Origin: Octopus bimaculoides
Taxonomy: Eukaryota
DNA length: 43,676 nt
Reading direction: 5' to 3'
NCBI RefSeq assembly: GCF_001194135.2
Contig: NC_068988.1
Location: 4,905,017 to 4,948,692, forward strand
A program made the translations under genes and the position numbers. Shown here piece by piece: positions 24,742 to 39,546 of this stretch. Below the pieces are notes generated by a model that worked only from the letters and a program-made list of their open reading frames with translations, searched no databases and was not told the DNA's origin. Positions within the stretch are counted from its first letter, which is position 1. Each line of letters starts with the position of its first letter.

Positions 24742-27700
24742 CTAGCGGATCGATAGTTAAGTTGTAAAGAAGAGAATGAGATAGAAAACTAAACGCGATT
24801 GAGAAGGATACCGAAAGAGATAGGAAGAAAAGAGAGGAGGAAGTTGAAATTAATAGAAATAAATAGAGAATAAAACTATCAGATAGATGCAATATACTTA
24901 AGTCCTCGCATCACTCATCAATTTTCGAATGTAGCGAAAAATTAAAAGATTTTCTGAGCATACTTTCTAGAGAAAAAAATCCATATTCGATCGCTTACAA
25001 GTAGCACGAATTTCTTTTAATTCTCTTGCCTGGTAGAAGCTGGCTGTAAATAAGAGTTCAGACTTTGTTTTATCAGAGTAGAGTAATGAATCAAAATGCA
25101 TATTAGCACATCTCCCAAAGAAGAAATACTATAATTATAGTTGCAATCCGACATCACTTTGACTTCCGACTCAAATTAGATATCAGTATTTCAATTGATT
25201 ATGGGTATAAATAACTTGCTTGCACATTGATGATTATCGGTTTCCTTTAATGCAACATACGTGATTGGTATATATTTAATTTATTTTCACTAACCCACTG
25301 GAACAGTTCACATTTTTGTTTTAGCTATTAAAATACTTTCAACGATCACTGTAAGACGTCTATAGCCATCCACTTCGTGTGTTAAATGGCATTCAAAATT
25401 GTATCCCATATAGTTGTGCAAGTAAAGCCTAACTCTTAGAAATATGATCTCTTCCCATGCACAAAAACATATGCACATACTCTCTCACCCACCCTCTCTC
25501 TTTCTCCTCTTTATCTCTCTTTCTCCTCTTTATCTCTCTTTCTTTCTAGTCTTGCTCGAGTTTTTGATTATCAATCTTTCATTTTCTCTAACTTTCAATA
25601 AACAGAACAACCGTAAAGTGATTTAAAAATTGTTAGTATTATGCATTGTTACATTCCATTTCAAAAGCACAAACATGGTGGAATGTAAATTGTACATATT
25701 TACTAGAGCCAAAGAAAGACGTGACGCCGATTTCTTGCCCAACGATTGTTTATATGGACGTTACAAGTCTCACCTCGCCAAATTGCCATATATACTCCAC
25801 ATTGAACGGGATAAACTGCTCTACATTCATTATATGGAAAAGAATAAATCTGCCGTAGAAGTACAGCATTGAGTGACGAATGAACACCACCTTCTCAACT
25901 TTCTCTTACACCGTATACAATATTAAGTTATCGATGAAAAAACTCGTCAAAACTGGGATTTAACATGCATGTCCTGTTTTAACAACATTTAGACATCAAT
26001 GTCATATTTCTTCGGTCAGCACTCAACATTGAAATATTGCATACTTGTAATTTTGCCTCCCACTTCAGTTTGTTTAAAATCTCATTTTTAAAAAACCATT
26101 AATTAAAAATTCTGGACCGTAGCCGTTGATTTGTGCACCTGCATTAAAAGTCACAATAGCTTTCCAAATAATATTGTTTTTCCACTTTTATATATTGAAT
26201 TAATGGCACTAATGAAATATATTGAATTCAGACACCATATGGAGAAGGAAATATTGTATAATAATTATTTTTCATATATGAAAAGACATTTTGTTGCTTT
26301 CGTGAGCTTCATGAAAGAGGAATGTTAAAATAAAACTGATTTTAATTCTTATCGTGCAACTCACTGGCAGATTCGTGTTGTACAGGAATTGTTACAAATA
26401 ACTACTTCATGTCACTTCCTGAAACTAAGAACATAGTGAAAACCGTCAACATGTCTCTGAGGTTGCTGTGTCGACCTTGTCGGACTTCATTTCACAAATC
26501 TAAACTATTTCATCAGAATAGTTCGATCTCTTACCACTGACTTCTTTCTGGATATATTCTCACACTATTCTCCAACGAATGTGTTTCTTTTTTTTTCTGT
26601 TTTAAAGTATAACGCATAGGATGATGAAGATTTGGTCTATCATTTAAGTATTGTTGGTAAGCGTACGCACACTTTGTTAATGTCCAAATTCGTTTCGATT
26701 AGTCCAAGGTGAACTGCAGTGGTGCAGACATTTGTGTGTGGGGGGGGGCGTGTGTGTGTATGCATGTATTTGTACATTTGAAGACAAGAATTCTTGCGCA
26801 GTTTGATCAATCCTGGGACAAAGGAGATGCAAATTGAACTTTTGCACTGTGCAGCTATAGCTACAGCCCATATGTATGCATACATATGCGTGCATTTTTA
26901 CACATACATACATTCATACATACATACATACATACATAGAACGCGCGCGCGCATTCAAAAGTACATCCCGAGAAAACGTTTGGGATTGTTGTTTATTACA
27001 TATCTAAATATATATATAACAGGTTATTTAATTATAATTCATTTAGATTATATAAAGTTTATCTGCGGATATACGTAACAAAATGTATCACGCAAAATCT
27101 TTGCTGATGTCTCTCAGGTTTTTTCCATATAAGAATATTTTCTTTTCTGCATTTCTGTGGTTTAGTATGACTGCAACAGCATTACGATTCATATTGATAC
27201 AACTGATTCAAGTTTATCATTAACAATGCGAGCACTTGTCATATAAAACGAATCTATAAACTTCATTAGTTTACACAGTTTGAGCGAAACATTGTTACGT
27301 ATATATCTATTTATTTACGTAACCACCACTGGAAATCCCGAATTACTTTTTATTTTCTATAAACTTTTGTGAAATACATTCTTTCCCGCTGAATTTTATT
27401 GCATATTCCTTGGTATTGCTTGTTTCTTATTTAATAGTGAGAGAACTATTTAGGTTCAGTTTATTGAGATATTATAATGATATACTAAGTTTATATCAGT
27501 AATTTAGAAGGCCTCCAATAACTCAGTTAATCAAGATTGTGAAATACATTAGCTAAAGTATATTTGGAATTATTTTCAGGTTCGTATATGACACAAGCTA
27601 GATACAACTGAGAATTGAAATCAGCTTCGCTGACTGTGAGCAAATCACAAAATGATGGACCTTTTCTTCTCAATGCATTCAAAACACTTATTAGCCAATA

Positions 27701-29020
27701 TGTAGTTTTGTTTTAAACATTTCAAGTTTGTGCATTTTAGAATAGCTATGTGAGTTACCGATACATCTTCTAAGGGTACAAGTTCGTAACCTAGTTTGCC
27801 ACTCGAATGCAAACTCAGCTTAGCTTGAAGCTAATTTCTACAGAACTGCGCTAGTTGTACTCTTCAGAAGAATAGCTATTTGAATTATGGACACCTTTCC
27901 TAAAGGTATCTACGAATTAAGGAAAATTGTCTACAAATGGATTTGAAACTAGGTTGCAAACTCGACTTAGCCTAAAGCTTATTTCTACAGAACAACGCCA
28001 TCTGTACAACTTAATCTACATCAAGAAGTAATTTAACAAATTTCAGTAAATATTGTTAAAGTAATCTAATTTTTCCATTAAATTAAATAATCTATTTTAT
28101 TCTATAATGATCGTAATTACACATCGTATAGAATTGGTGTTAACACTTGTATTGCTCAAGAATCATAGAAAAACACAGCATATACGAAATGTTAAGTGAT
28201 AATTCTACTATAAATATCTTGCTGAGAAGGTAAGACTTGTCTCTTATGTAAAATCAACAGATTTATAGTTTAAATCCTGTCTTAGTATATTGATTGTTTT
28301 AATTAAAGTCATCTGCAGTACATCATTCAAACAATTAATGCATATATTAACAATGGAATATTTAAATAAAATAGAACAGCTCGTTATTCTTGCTCATACT
28401 AATTGTTCTTTTTATCAATCTTATCTATACATTATATACTTTCTTATTCCGATTCATCGTCATCCAATCGCTACATAATTTACCCTTTCTATTTTTACCC
28501 ATACTCTCCTTAAACACACTGAACCAAATCTTAAAATTCATTTGCTCCGGCTATCTTCAAGTTCAAATCTCAACGACGTGAAATTTGTCTTTGATCCTTT
28601 CAGTGCCCATAAAAAGTACCTAAACAAGGCGGTAGATTGGTGGACTGTAAGATGGTCGTACATGATGTATCTGAGTTTCGACTGTAACGTTTGCAATATC
28701 ATTGGTGCCAAGATATATCAGTCCAAGTTGGCGGCTTTTCTCACGGCTAACATTTGTGCCTGGGGTGAGAGAATTTTGCGTGTATGAGCGACTGCCAGTC
28801 TTCCTCAGCAACAAATCTTGTCTAGGCCTATCCTGATATACGATACATAATCTACCCTGACCGACGGAGACCATATAAAAATACAAAGTAATAGTATCCT
28901 CGCAAGAAATGAATACCACAAAATGAAAAGATATATTGCCTCATTAAACCAATCACTTAGCAACTGAGATTAGAGTAATTAGGAAAAAACGGGTAGCATT
29001 AAGGTGTTGGGCTATAAGAT

Positions 29021-29092
29021 AAAGATTTCTTGTATTGGCAGAAGGCCAAAATTTTGGGAGATGGGGGAACATAATCGATTTAATCGACTCCA
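29021..29092 (-). mobile_element. SINE family A 3' fragment
   Basis: aaggccaaaattttgggagatgggg..aatcgatttaatcgactcc resembles 800-850. Confidence 0.5.
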
Positions 29093-30850
29093 AAATTAAT
29101 AACAAAAAAATATCGAAATGACTGCCATTTAGAAATTATCTCAATTTTCTCAAAGCCTCTCTCTAAGTAATTTCATGTCTAACTTTATATAATAACATTT
29201 TGGAAGAATCGAATTTGTAATCCAAAGCAACGAAAATTGTAAGGAAACAGCAGTCAGTTTATAATGCCGGTGCGTGGTAAAAACGGCACAGCGTCAAATT
29301 AAACGTAGTACGATACTATGTTACATTCAATCAAGTTGTGAGATCGACAAAAGCGATAGCAAAACAATGGAAAACTCCCACTACCACCACCATCGCAGAT
29401 ATAGAGAAATCAATAAGGTGGTCACAATAGCCAAAACTAAAGTGCTGCGCTAGAGGATGCCTATAAAACACATTCATATTGAATATGTTACGAGTTCAAA
29501 TAGAGTCAAAATCGATTTTACTTTTCATCCTTCTACAGTCGTTGCTATTCAACCCAGAGCCAAACCTAATAGAATAGATCTGGGAAAAAAAAGGTCCGGT
29601 TTGGTTTCCATACATAGTACCAAGGATTATTATCTAAATTGTGTGTTGCCACATTTTAAGAGAGTTGGATATACTTTGAGGAGAATTTAGCTACTTTATT
29701 TTCCAAGACATACAATGAAGTACAGATGTCTAGAGTATACTGCATTAAATTGGTTACAGTAATAACGAAGCAACTAATTTTGTTTCACGGGTGAGATATT
29801 AGAGAGTAAATCGTATTCTCCGCCGAGCTGTAAGCTCGACTTTTTTCCAACGCGAATCTTCTTTCTTCCATCTTTGATAAAACTGTCGAGAAAGGACAAG
29901 AATGATATCGAGCTTACTTTCCTTTTGTTTTAAACAGTTTGGTAGGGATTTGCTTTAAAACTGGCTCTCAATTTAACATACACTAAAAACATACCAACGT
30001 GAATTGGACTTTCTATTCAAAGCAGTCTGTCACTCAAGAAGACTCCACAGATCATATCAAAATTAAAATAATAATATTTGCAACAAATTATTCCATTAAT
30101 CCTTAATCCTGTCGGTTATAGAGTTACTAATCACGACGGTGAACAGTGTAAAACACTCGACAAGTTCATAGCATTCAATATTTTCCATAGAAATTGAAAA
30201 CTGCAGTATAAATCTAATATACATAGCAAACGTGGCTGCCATAAAACCAGACGCCATTTGTAACAGCTGACAAACAGTAAACATTCCATTGGGCTTCCAG
30301 GGTGTGTTCTGTTTGAATTGACTCGATAGAGCGCTACTTCACATAGCTTTTATCAGGGCGCTCAGCCATCTGAGAGATTTTAGGTAACTGTAAATTAGTA
30401 GTGTATAATTAATACTCATGCAGTTTATTTTCTGTTTACCCATAAAACGTTCCGTATTTGGCTTGCTTGTATCAGCCAGGCTAATCAAAAGACAACATGC
30501 AGTGACTGGTACCTAAATACATAGTTGCCTGTTCAAGGCTCAAGCTGTTATTCTTTCATAACGAGCGGCAATCTCTAGCTGAAACGTTAATCTCCAGCTG
30601 TCATAATGCTGCATCGTGTCTCCAACTGCGAAATCAAGAAAGTGGGATGATGGGGTTAATCTAAAAGCGGCGGCGTGCGTCAAGATCTTCAACAGTGACT
30701 AAATTTAAACACTTGCTGCTTTAATTTGTCATTAAATATTTAAAATCTTGCAAATATATATGCATGTCTCTAATTGTGCGTGTGTGTTTTTGTGGTATCC
30801 TGCGTATGTTTGTGTACCTTTGTATTTGTATGTATGCGTGNNNNNNNNNN

Positions 30851-31370
30851 TTACCAACCACATGGTTCTGGGTTCAGTCCCACTGCGTGGCACCTTGGGC
30901 AAAAGTTTTCTACTATAGCCTCGGGCCGACCAAAGCCTTGTGAGTGGATTTGGTAGACGGAAACTGAAAGAAGCCCGTCGTATATATGTATATGTAAATA
31001 TGTATGTGTGTATATGTTTGTGTGTCTGTGTTTGTTCCCCCAACTTCGCTTGACAACCGAGGCTGGTGTGTTTACGTCCCCGTAAACTAGCGGTTCGGCA
31101 AAAAGAGACCGATAGAATAAGTACTACACACGTATATACATAGATAGATAGATATTTGTATGTGTGTGTATGCTTGTTTCCCCAACATCGCTTGACAACT
31201 GATACTGGTGTGTTTACGACCCCGTAACTTAACGATTCGGCAAAAGAGACCCATAGAATAAGTACTAGGCTTACAGAGATTAAGTATTCGGTTCGATTTG
31301 CCCGACTAAAGGCGGTGCTCCGGCATGGCCGCAGTCAAATGATTGAAACCAGTAAAAGAATACAAGAATA
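30851..31370 (+). mobile_element. SINE family B copy with an internal ~100 bp tandem duplication
   Basis: Low-divergence copy; the segment ccccaac..cgcttgacaac..agaataagtacta occurs twice (~31028-31126 and ~31171-31266). Confidence 0.9.
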
Positions 31371-31382
31371 TATCCCCTTTAC

Positions 31383-31428
31383 TTATTTTCCTCCGACGAC
31401 TCTGAACATTGTCCAGACTGAGGCTGAA
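31383..31428 (-). CDS. Candidate bridging exon (phase 1 to 2), VQPQSGQCSESSEEN
   Basis: Acceptor tagttttcag|, donor AA|gtaaag. Its phases link 40541-40621 to 16554-16618, but the donor is moderate and a competing candidate exists at 24438-24588. Confidence 0.35.
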
Positions 31429-34400
31429 CTGAAAACTAAATACTGTTACAAGACACCTCCTTGTAGGCACTGCAAAACAAACCAATGTGGGTTCCATAAA
31501 GTAATGTAACCGAGTGTCTGATCCCCAACGAGGTCACTCGAGCATCACGTGAAATATATAAAGAAAACATTCCGTCTCTTAAATCACACTTTATCGTGTT
31601 GCAGTTTATCATATTGCTCGAGATAAAATGTTCGAAGGGACAGGTTTGTCAGAGCATATGTCTGCTCTAAAAGGATCAAATTAGGACTAAAAATAATTCG
31701 GTATTACTGTATCACCCGATAGTGCTTGTACTCAATACACTTCTATTTCAATATTCCACTCAATTCTTATAAAAATTAAAATTCAGAAAAATGTGATATT
31801 AGCTTCCAGTACTCACTTCCAAAACCTCTCATCTCAAATGTAAATACAGTTGCTATGGTTGTTGCCCGTTAACCATAAATACTGATTACGTATTTAATGA
31901 GGTTCATTAAAAAATATTTTTATTTCTGTCATCTCAATGTTCCTTTTATTTTCTTTATCATAGATCTACATCATCTATTTCTAGGAAGGAAGGCATTTCA
32001 TATGTATAGTTACAGTGAAGTACCATAGGATATTATACAAATTAATCGTTAAATATCATAAGCTGAATTTTAGTCTTGCTATGAAACTGGATAACGAAAA
32101 TATTCAATTTAAAATAAATATTTCTTCTTAGATTCTTGCATCTCGTAAAAATTGTTGAAAAACAAAAATGTATCAGCATTGAGTAGAAATGTTTTTTTTT
32201 TTTCTGTATTTTTATAAAAACCGAATAAAGGATTTAATGAAGCAGCTACATAATTTTAAAGCAAACAATCCTTCTTTCAATCATCGATTCAAATGTTTAG
32301 ATAGATATCTATGCGTGTGATTCTGGTTTCATTCCGATTTTCTAGTTCAGTGAAAATAAGGAAAATGCATTTAAATTTAGGAGATAATTCCATATGTTTT
32401 GCTGTCAACTTCAGAATTAGAGTATTCGAGTTCTGGAAATAACCTAAATGAATTTTTGTTACTTCGAAATTATTGGCGTCACCGTCATATTTAAAGTCAT
32501 CTTCTAAACCATACAGAAATGGAGTGTGGATTGATAGTACTTGAGTCTCAAAATAACAAAATAGAAAAGAATTTACGGAGTAAATAATATTTAATTCAGG
32601 TTCGGATTAAAAGATAAAAATCTTTCTTTAGAGATTCAGGGAAAAAATTTTTTTTCCACCTAATACTATTTAATGCGATATTATTGTTGACGTAAATGAC
32701 TACAAAAAAGCTAAAATACAAAGGAAAGCAGCAATGACTACCAATGGTGTTGATTATAACTCATTACTATGGAAATTACTTTAAACTAAATTTCAAGCCA
32801 CTTTCTGTTGAAATATCACATTTTACAGACACTTCACGTCTAAGAAATTAGCAATATTAAGAATTTTCTAAAAACTTGTTTTCTATTACAGACATTGATA
32901 TCAGATGTAACAAAAATGCATTTTTCTGGTTTAAAAATTGTTTAAACAAACTGAATGTTGCCAAATTATTGACAGACACTTGGATAAGACTAGCTAACAT
33001 CTGTTAAAATTTGAGGATACCTAAGACAATTTTGACCTTCATCAAATCTCAGTAACTTTATATCCTTCATATTGTTATAGCTAAAAGAGACATGTTGTGT
33101 TTTATGATAATTCATTTCTCCTGGTCATGTGAAACTTCAATACGTAATACTTCATAATACACTGAGTCAACAAGAGAGCGTCTACGTTGTCGATCGACTT
33201 TGCAAGGAATAGCAGCCAAATGTCTCTCTTCCCTACCAGCTTAAGTAAAGGACATATCAAATAGTCGTAGACACACAACACTAAAGAGAGATGTTCATGG
33301 TTAGAATGCCACTGAATATTTATTATAAACATACTATGAATAGGTTCTTATACATTTTATATTATCAAGATGGCAACACAAACACGACAGTATGTTATCA
33401 GCCCCTACCGTTACTATTATTCAGAAGAAGGAAAATAAATATTTCCAAACATTTGTGACGCATTCGATATGTTTCATGAAGCAAGTAAAAAGAGTAAGAA
33501 TTTGAACTAATCGCATTGGAGAAACTGCGTTTATCGATACTGTTATCAATTAGGTTTCTAAGGCGGTAGAAAAGTTGCATAATTAGCAAGATATTTGGCA
33601 TTAAGTTACATATTTTACATCATGTTCTCTATATTTCTGGTCTTGCTATATATATGTGATAGAACAAAAAAAAAACATTCTTCCAAGGCGAATTCCTCAA
33701 CCTTGAGCCTACCTGTCACGACTTATAAGATGTACGAGGATACAGTTGGACGAAAACCATTTTATTGGAAGAGAAGTGTATATAGGTAGTCAATTGCCAT
33801 ATCAATGGTTGTAGATCATAAGTCTTTGAAGACTGGGCCGCTTTCAGAAGTGATGCACGCAAATACTGAACAGATATGTCTCTGCGATGTCGAAAGCAAA
33901 ACTCTTCGTTATTTTGATTGATTGGTTTAGAATATATAATTAAATCAAATTTTGAAAATTTAATTCGATAAATAACAACCAATAGTTAGTTAAATAATAA
34001 TCTTCGTTGTGCTTCTTCTAGCGCTATCTCTCAGATGTATGCGAATCTTCCTGACGCAATGAATCCATTGCACGATTAATAGAATATTTTCTATGAGTAT
34101 ACATTTTTTATAACAAACTCAGTTTGTATGAATAGAAAACATATTTATTGTAATATTCTTTGAAACTGCCATATTAGTAAACAAATGGATTTATTCCTGA
34201 ACTACCATCCCGATACAAATTCAAATGAAAAGCAATAGAGCAGCTACAAATAAAGAAAAACAATTTGAAATTCTTTAGTAGTAATTGAAAAGAGTACCAA
34301 CAGCAAACATGGAAATTCTACGCAAAATTCAGAAGAAATTTGTTCATTTATTTTGAAATTGAAAAGGAAAATATGAACAGCTTCTAATTTAAAGAGAAAA

Positions 34401-35364
34401 TGAAAACAAAAACAAAAAAAAATGCACGAGAATCATTGAAAAGAATGTTAACTGCAAAAGAGTATATTCTAAAAGAATATACACTAGAGGTTTATTGTTT
34501 ATCGATTTGTATCGAGAGATTTTTCAATACAATCCACATCACGAAGATATATATTGATGCAGTCACACAATAATGCATCCATGCATCCAAATATCACTAT
34601 AACACATAATCTATACAGGATGCTATTCTAAATTAAATTCTAAGCAAATACTTGCTCAAAGGACCATGAATAACAAACATAAATATGTAGGCACATGTGG
34701 TGGTATATAATTAAAAATATATGTATATAAATTTAGAACATTAAACTTTTTTAAAAATAAAACATAGAAAGATGAAACGCGTTGCCTCGTGGGAGACTGC
34801 TAGCCTGTAACATTTCGAAAAATCTATCCAAGCGATCATTTGTTCAATATGTTTCAAATTATCTAAATATTCTTATTTTAATCATTTAATTTATACTTCT
34901 GCTGTTGTTGTTATTATTATTATTATTATTATTATTAGTGACAGTTTTGTTGTTGTTTTTGGTTTTTTCGATTCTTTTATGAATCATTCTTAGCAATAAT
35001 GGGTAAATCTAATCTTGGCAGAGAAAGCAAAATATAAAATGCGTTGCTCGTTGCAGATTATTCAGAGAATTATTCCGAAGGGAATCACTATAAATAGGTA
35101 TACCTAGATAAAAGAACTAGAATATGAAGGTATTTCAAGAAAAGATAATCATAGAAAAAGATAAATAACTATTTAGTTTGACCTTTATTTAATGATTTTT
35201 ACTGAATAGGTTGTCCATGTTGAGCCTTTCGCACATTCAACAAAATATAAAGATTTTAACAGAATTCAAATACTGATATAATATTGTGTTCACATACATA
35301 CACACACACACACATATATATATACATGCAAACACACATGCATATATACATGTATTAATACATA

Positions 35365-35465
<101 letters not shown>

Positions 35466-37325
35466 GCACGAAACACACACACACACACAAACACATACAA
35501 CACAGGCTACGTGCGTGTCTGTGTGAATGTGTGTGAGTATGTGAGTGTAGGTAAACCGTTCTAAGATGTAGTTTCCTCGCCCACCTATATTCGTTGTTAA
35601 GATTGTAATAAACTCTTCAATCCCCTTTTAGCTAGCAAATATATGTTTGTAGCAAAATCTAATCAGTTGATATTTGATTTCATGAACGCTAATTTAACGA
35701 AAATGTTGAATTCTCATTCATTTTGCTTTGACCTGGGCTAACCGTTTACTGGTTCACAGGAGTCATGAACAGTCATTTGTGAACGATGATACAAATACCA
35801 GACAAAATGTTGCAAGCCGCTCGGTAGCGTGACTGATAGTCATGTGACTGGATCCCTATTATAAAGACAAGAATAACATTGAGATTCTATTAACAAAGCA
35901 ATTTCTTTTCTCCACATAAATATATTCTGCACCTGCGAAAGAAATCCATAGAGTCAATGATTTTGTCTGAATATATTTTGATCCAGAGTAGAAAAAAAAC
36001 GTACATCGTTGAAAGTTTTGTAATAATACAATATAAATGTTTGTTAACTAAAACTAGATTAACCACATATTTTCCTTAAAATTATGTTATTTTTATCTGC
36101 TTATCTGCACTTAAGAAGAAATAGGATGGTCGTCTCTAAAGAAAAATATTCTAATGCAAGAAGTTAAACACAAATTACAAATTTATATAAATTTAAAGAT
36201 GATTATTTTAATAAAGTAAAATGTCTGTAGTCATATTTTCAAATAGTTTTCACTGAAACGGTTAAGCGCGGAGGAACGCACGTCAAACAATGAACCAACA
36301 AATGATTAGTCAATTAACATTACATTACTAATAAAGAGGTGGGTCGTTAACTTAAATGGTAATTCTATTTAAGAAGTGTAAGGGTTACAACTCTGAAATC
36401 GAAACTTATTAAAACTTCAATGAAGGCACGTAATGAGGAATGAGTCAGATATTAGGTAGGCACAGTTACATTCCTAGAGATGATTCGGTCAAATTAGACC
36501 GTAGGAAAGTTTCAACTTACAAATATGTATTCAACATTTCTTCCAAGATTTACTGCAATAAAATATTGAATGTCAAAAGTGACATATGAACAGCACTTGT
36601 ATATTTTAGGTAAAAATAAGCAACACCGCCACTGTTGAATGCATGCATATTAACTCAAGGAATATTCGTGAAACTTTTACATCGAACTATTTACGTACCT
36701 GATGTAGGTTTTTTTTGTAGGGTGGGGGATAGAAAATAAAATTCATGTATAGTCCACGAGGTCATTTATCCGATAAATGTGATCATCTCTTCCAAGGGAA
36801 GGAAAATGCTTACTGAAAACTCTTTCAAAGTCTGCTGTTCGTCTCTGATTTTGTTTTTGTTTTTTGATAGCCTCTCACTCGAAAAAGACAGTTCTGCAAT
36901 ATCCTGAGGAACATCCAGTACGAATGATTTGTTTATAGTAATCAAATGTTTCATTAGCTCACCCCATCAAATTGACATAACCTGCACAGGCGCACGATGT
37001 CCCACATGTCAGATGTCGAAAATCGCAACATGTGACGAAATGTTTTGCACAAGAATATAACGCGCTCTCGGTCTGAGAATCGAACCCACGATCTCATCTT
37101 AACCTGAAAGCCACCCTGTTGGGGTAATTGGTTATCTTTGTATTAGTAGGTGACAATCTAAAAGGACTAAGATTTTCGGCCAAAGAAAGTAACTGAGCAA
37201 CAAGAACTTTACAAATACTGCCAGGAAGTGGCAAGGTTTTCAAAAGTCCAACACACTACAATTATCGTTGTTGTATACAAATTCTAGCGATGGAACTTTA
37301 TTATTAAAAAATAATACTTCTTTGT

Positions 37326-37380
37326 ATACATACATACATACATACATACATACATACATACATACATACATACATACATA
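37326..37380. repeat. (TACA)n microsatellite
   Basis: Direct. Confidence 0.98.
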
Positions 37381-38087
37381 AATGCATGCGTACACATGCA
37401 CACACGATTTTGAATTGAAGACATGCCAGTTTTCAAGGTGAGTCGTTTTTAATGTTTTTCCGTAATTCCTTCTGATTCGTTTTTGTTGTATTTGAAACAG
37501 TTACGTTCCCTGCGTTATAAGGCTTTTTCGATCTCCTGAATGAAATTACAAAACCTGGCAAGTTTTTCAAATTCCTGCAAAACATCATGCGAATATCGTT
37601 CATTCACTGAATAGCTTCCATGACTTTTACTTCACGTGTCTTAACTGTGGTTGCATTAATAAATGGATGATCAACGTACGAAAATCTGAATATTCATCAA
37701 AAATTGTTTCCTTCAAGTTTCGTACGCAAGATATTTTACCCTCGCTGTCACGCAAGAACGGCAAATATTGATTTTGAAGATTTCAACAAATGTTTCCATT
37801 ACAACGTCCACAAGGTGCAAACATATCTGCTTATTTCAGGGTTAATTTCTAAGCTTTATGGAAAGACACTTGATATTTGTAATTGATATTACACAATTGA
37901 CTATTTATGGCACACGAACGATTACAGAAATGGGAACAGTGAAGAAACACCAACTCAATAAAAAAATGCTGAACTCCAGCGAGCGAGATTACATTTCCAG
38001 TTAGCCACGATTGCGAATCCTAAACGTTCTGGGGTATATTTTTCCTAACTCCCTTCACCACACACACAGATATATGTGTGTGTGGGT

Positions 38088-38174
<87 letters not shown>

Positions 38175-38882
38175 TGTCTATGTGTTCTAAAATACAATTA
38201 TAAGTGCCTACAGATATATGTGTATGAATGTGTATTGATATTGGTGTGTTTGAAAACCAAAAACACTCAAACTGTCGATGAAGATGATGTATATGGTATA
38301 TATTTTATGTACGCATTTACGACGCAAAACACATGGATGTATGTTCAAGGAAAGGGTATATATAATGTTTATCTTAATGTATATAGCTTGATATATCCAC
38401 TACGTTATTTGCATGATGTTATTTTTGTATATAATACAGTGTATAAAATAATACATTTTCTATTAATATACATTAATTTAAAAATATTATATCATTGATC
38501 TTTTGATAAAATGTAGCACGAAAAAACACTCTCGAAATTTCTGCGGATTATTATTCCTAGCACGTTTATATATACACAGATATAGATATCTTCATTAAAC
38601 AGATTAAATGTTGAATATGATATTATGATGCAGATACAACTACACTCTACCCTGAATTTCACCTGCATCGACAGAGAATGTAGTTATGCATCCGGGTATA
38701 TAATTTTGGGTCAAGCTGGAAAAGGATGCTACGATTAACATAACCAAACCAGACTTAATAACTGCACATTCATCTCTGAATTTTTACCAACATATTTACC
38801 CTCATAAGTAAATCGGGATATTAACAGTAAGCTGTAACCGAGGGTTGAGTGGACCGTATACGCAGAAAATCCATGGGATAGA

Positions 38883-38925
<43 letters not shown>

Positions 38926-39502
38926 NNNNNNNNNNNNNNNNNNNNNNNNNNNNNNNNNNNNNNNNNNNNNNNNNNNNNNNNNNNNNNNNNNNNNNNNNNN
39001 NNNNNNNNNNNNNNNNNNNNNNNNNNNNNNNNNNNNNNNNNNNNNNNNNNNNNNNNNNNNNNNNNNNNNNNNNNNNNNNNNNNNNNNNNNNNNNNNNNNN
39101 NNNNNNNNNNNNNNNNNNNNNNNNNNNNNNNNNNNNNNNNNNNNNNNNNNNNNNNNNNNNNNNNNNNNNNNNNNNNNNNNNNNNNNNNNNNNNNNNNNNN
39201 NNNNNNNNNNNNNNNNNNNNNNNNNNNNNNNNNNNNNNNNNNNNNNNNNNNNNNNNNNNNNNNNNNNNNNNNNNNNNNNNNNNNNNNNNNNNNNNNNNNN
39301 NNNNNNNNNNNNNNNNNNNNNNNNNNNNNNNNNNNNNNNNNNNNNNNNNNNNNNNNNNNNNNNNNNNNNNNNNNNNNNNNNNNNNNNNNNNNNNNNNNNN
39401 NNNNNNNNNNNNNNNNNNNNNNNNNNNNNNNNNNNNNNNNNNNNNNNNNNNNNNNNNNNNNNNNNNNNNNNNNNNNNNNNNNNNNNNNNNNNNNNNNNNN
39501 NN

Positions 39503-39546
<44 letters not shown>

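Noticed and set aside
25630-25880. ORF with LLYIHYMEKNKSAVEVQH resembling a mariner transposase N-terminus
   Set aside because: The similarity is too short and vague; no TIRs or DDE motifs were found.
26534-26597. Strong minus-strand donor GTG|gtaaga as another bridging exon
   Set aside because: Acceptors are purine-rich or weak, and joining to the 24741 acceptor creates a TGA; chance level.
28620-28919. 99-aa minus-strand ORF
   Set aside because: No domain or splice support; the plus strand resembles my recollection of a decayed LINE 5' region, which is unverified.
36814-36893. Minus-strand exon candidate ELSFSSERLSKNKNKIRDEQQTLKEFS with a gtaagc donor
   Set aside because: It ends in phase 0, which does not fit the better-supported chain without using a secondary acceptor, and the KNKNK segment is just a plus-strand T-rich tract.
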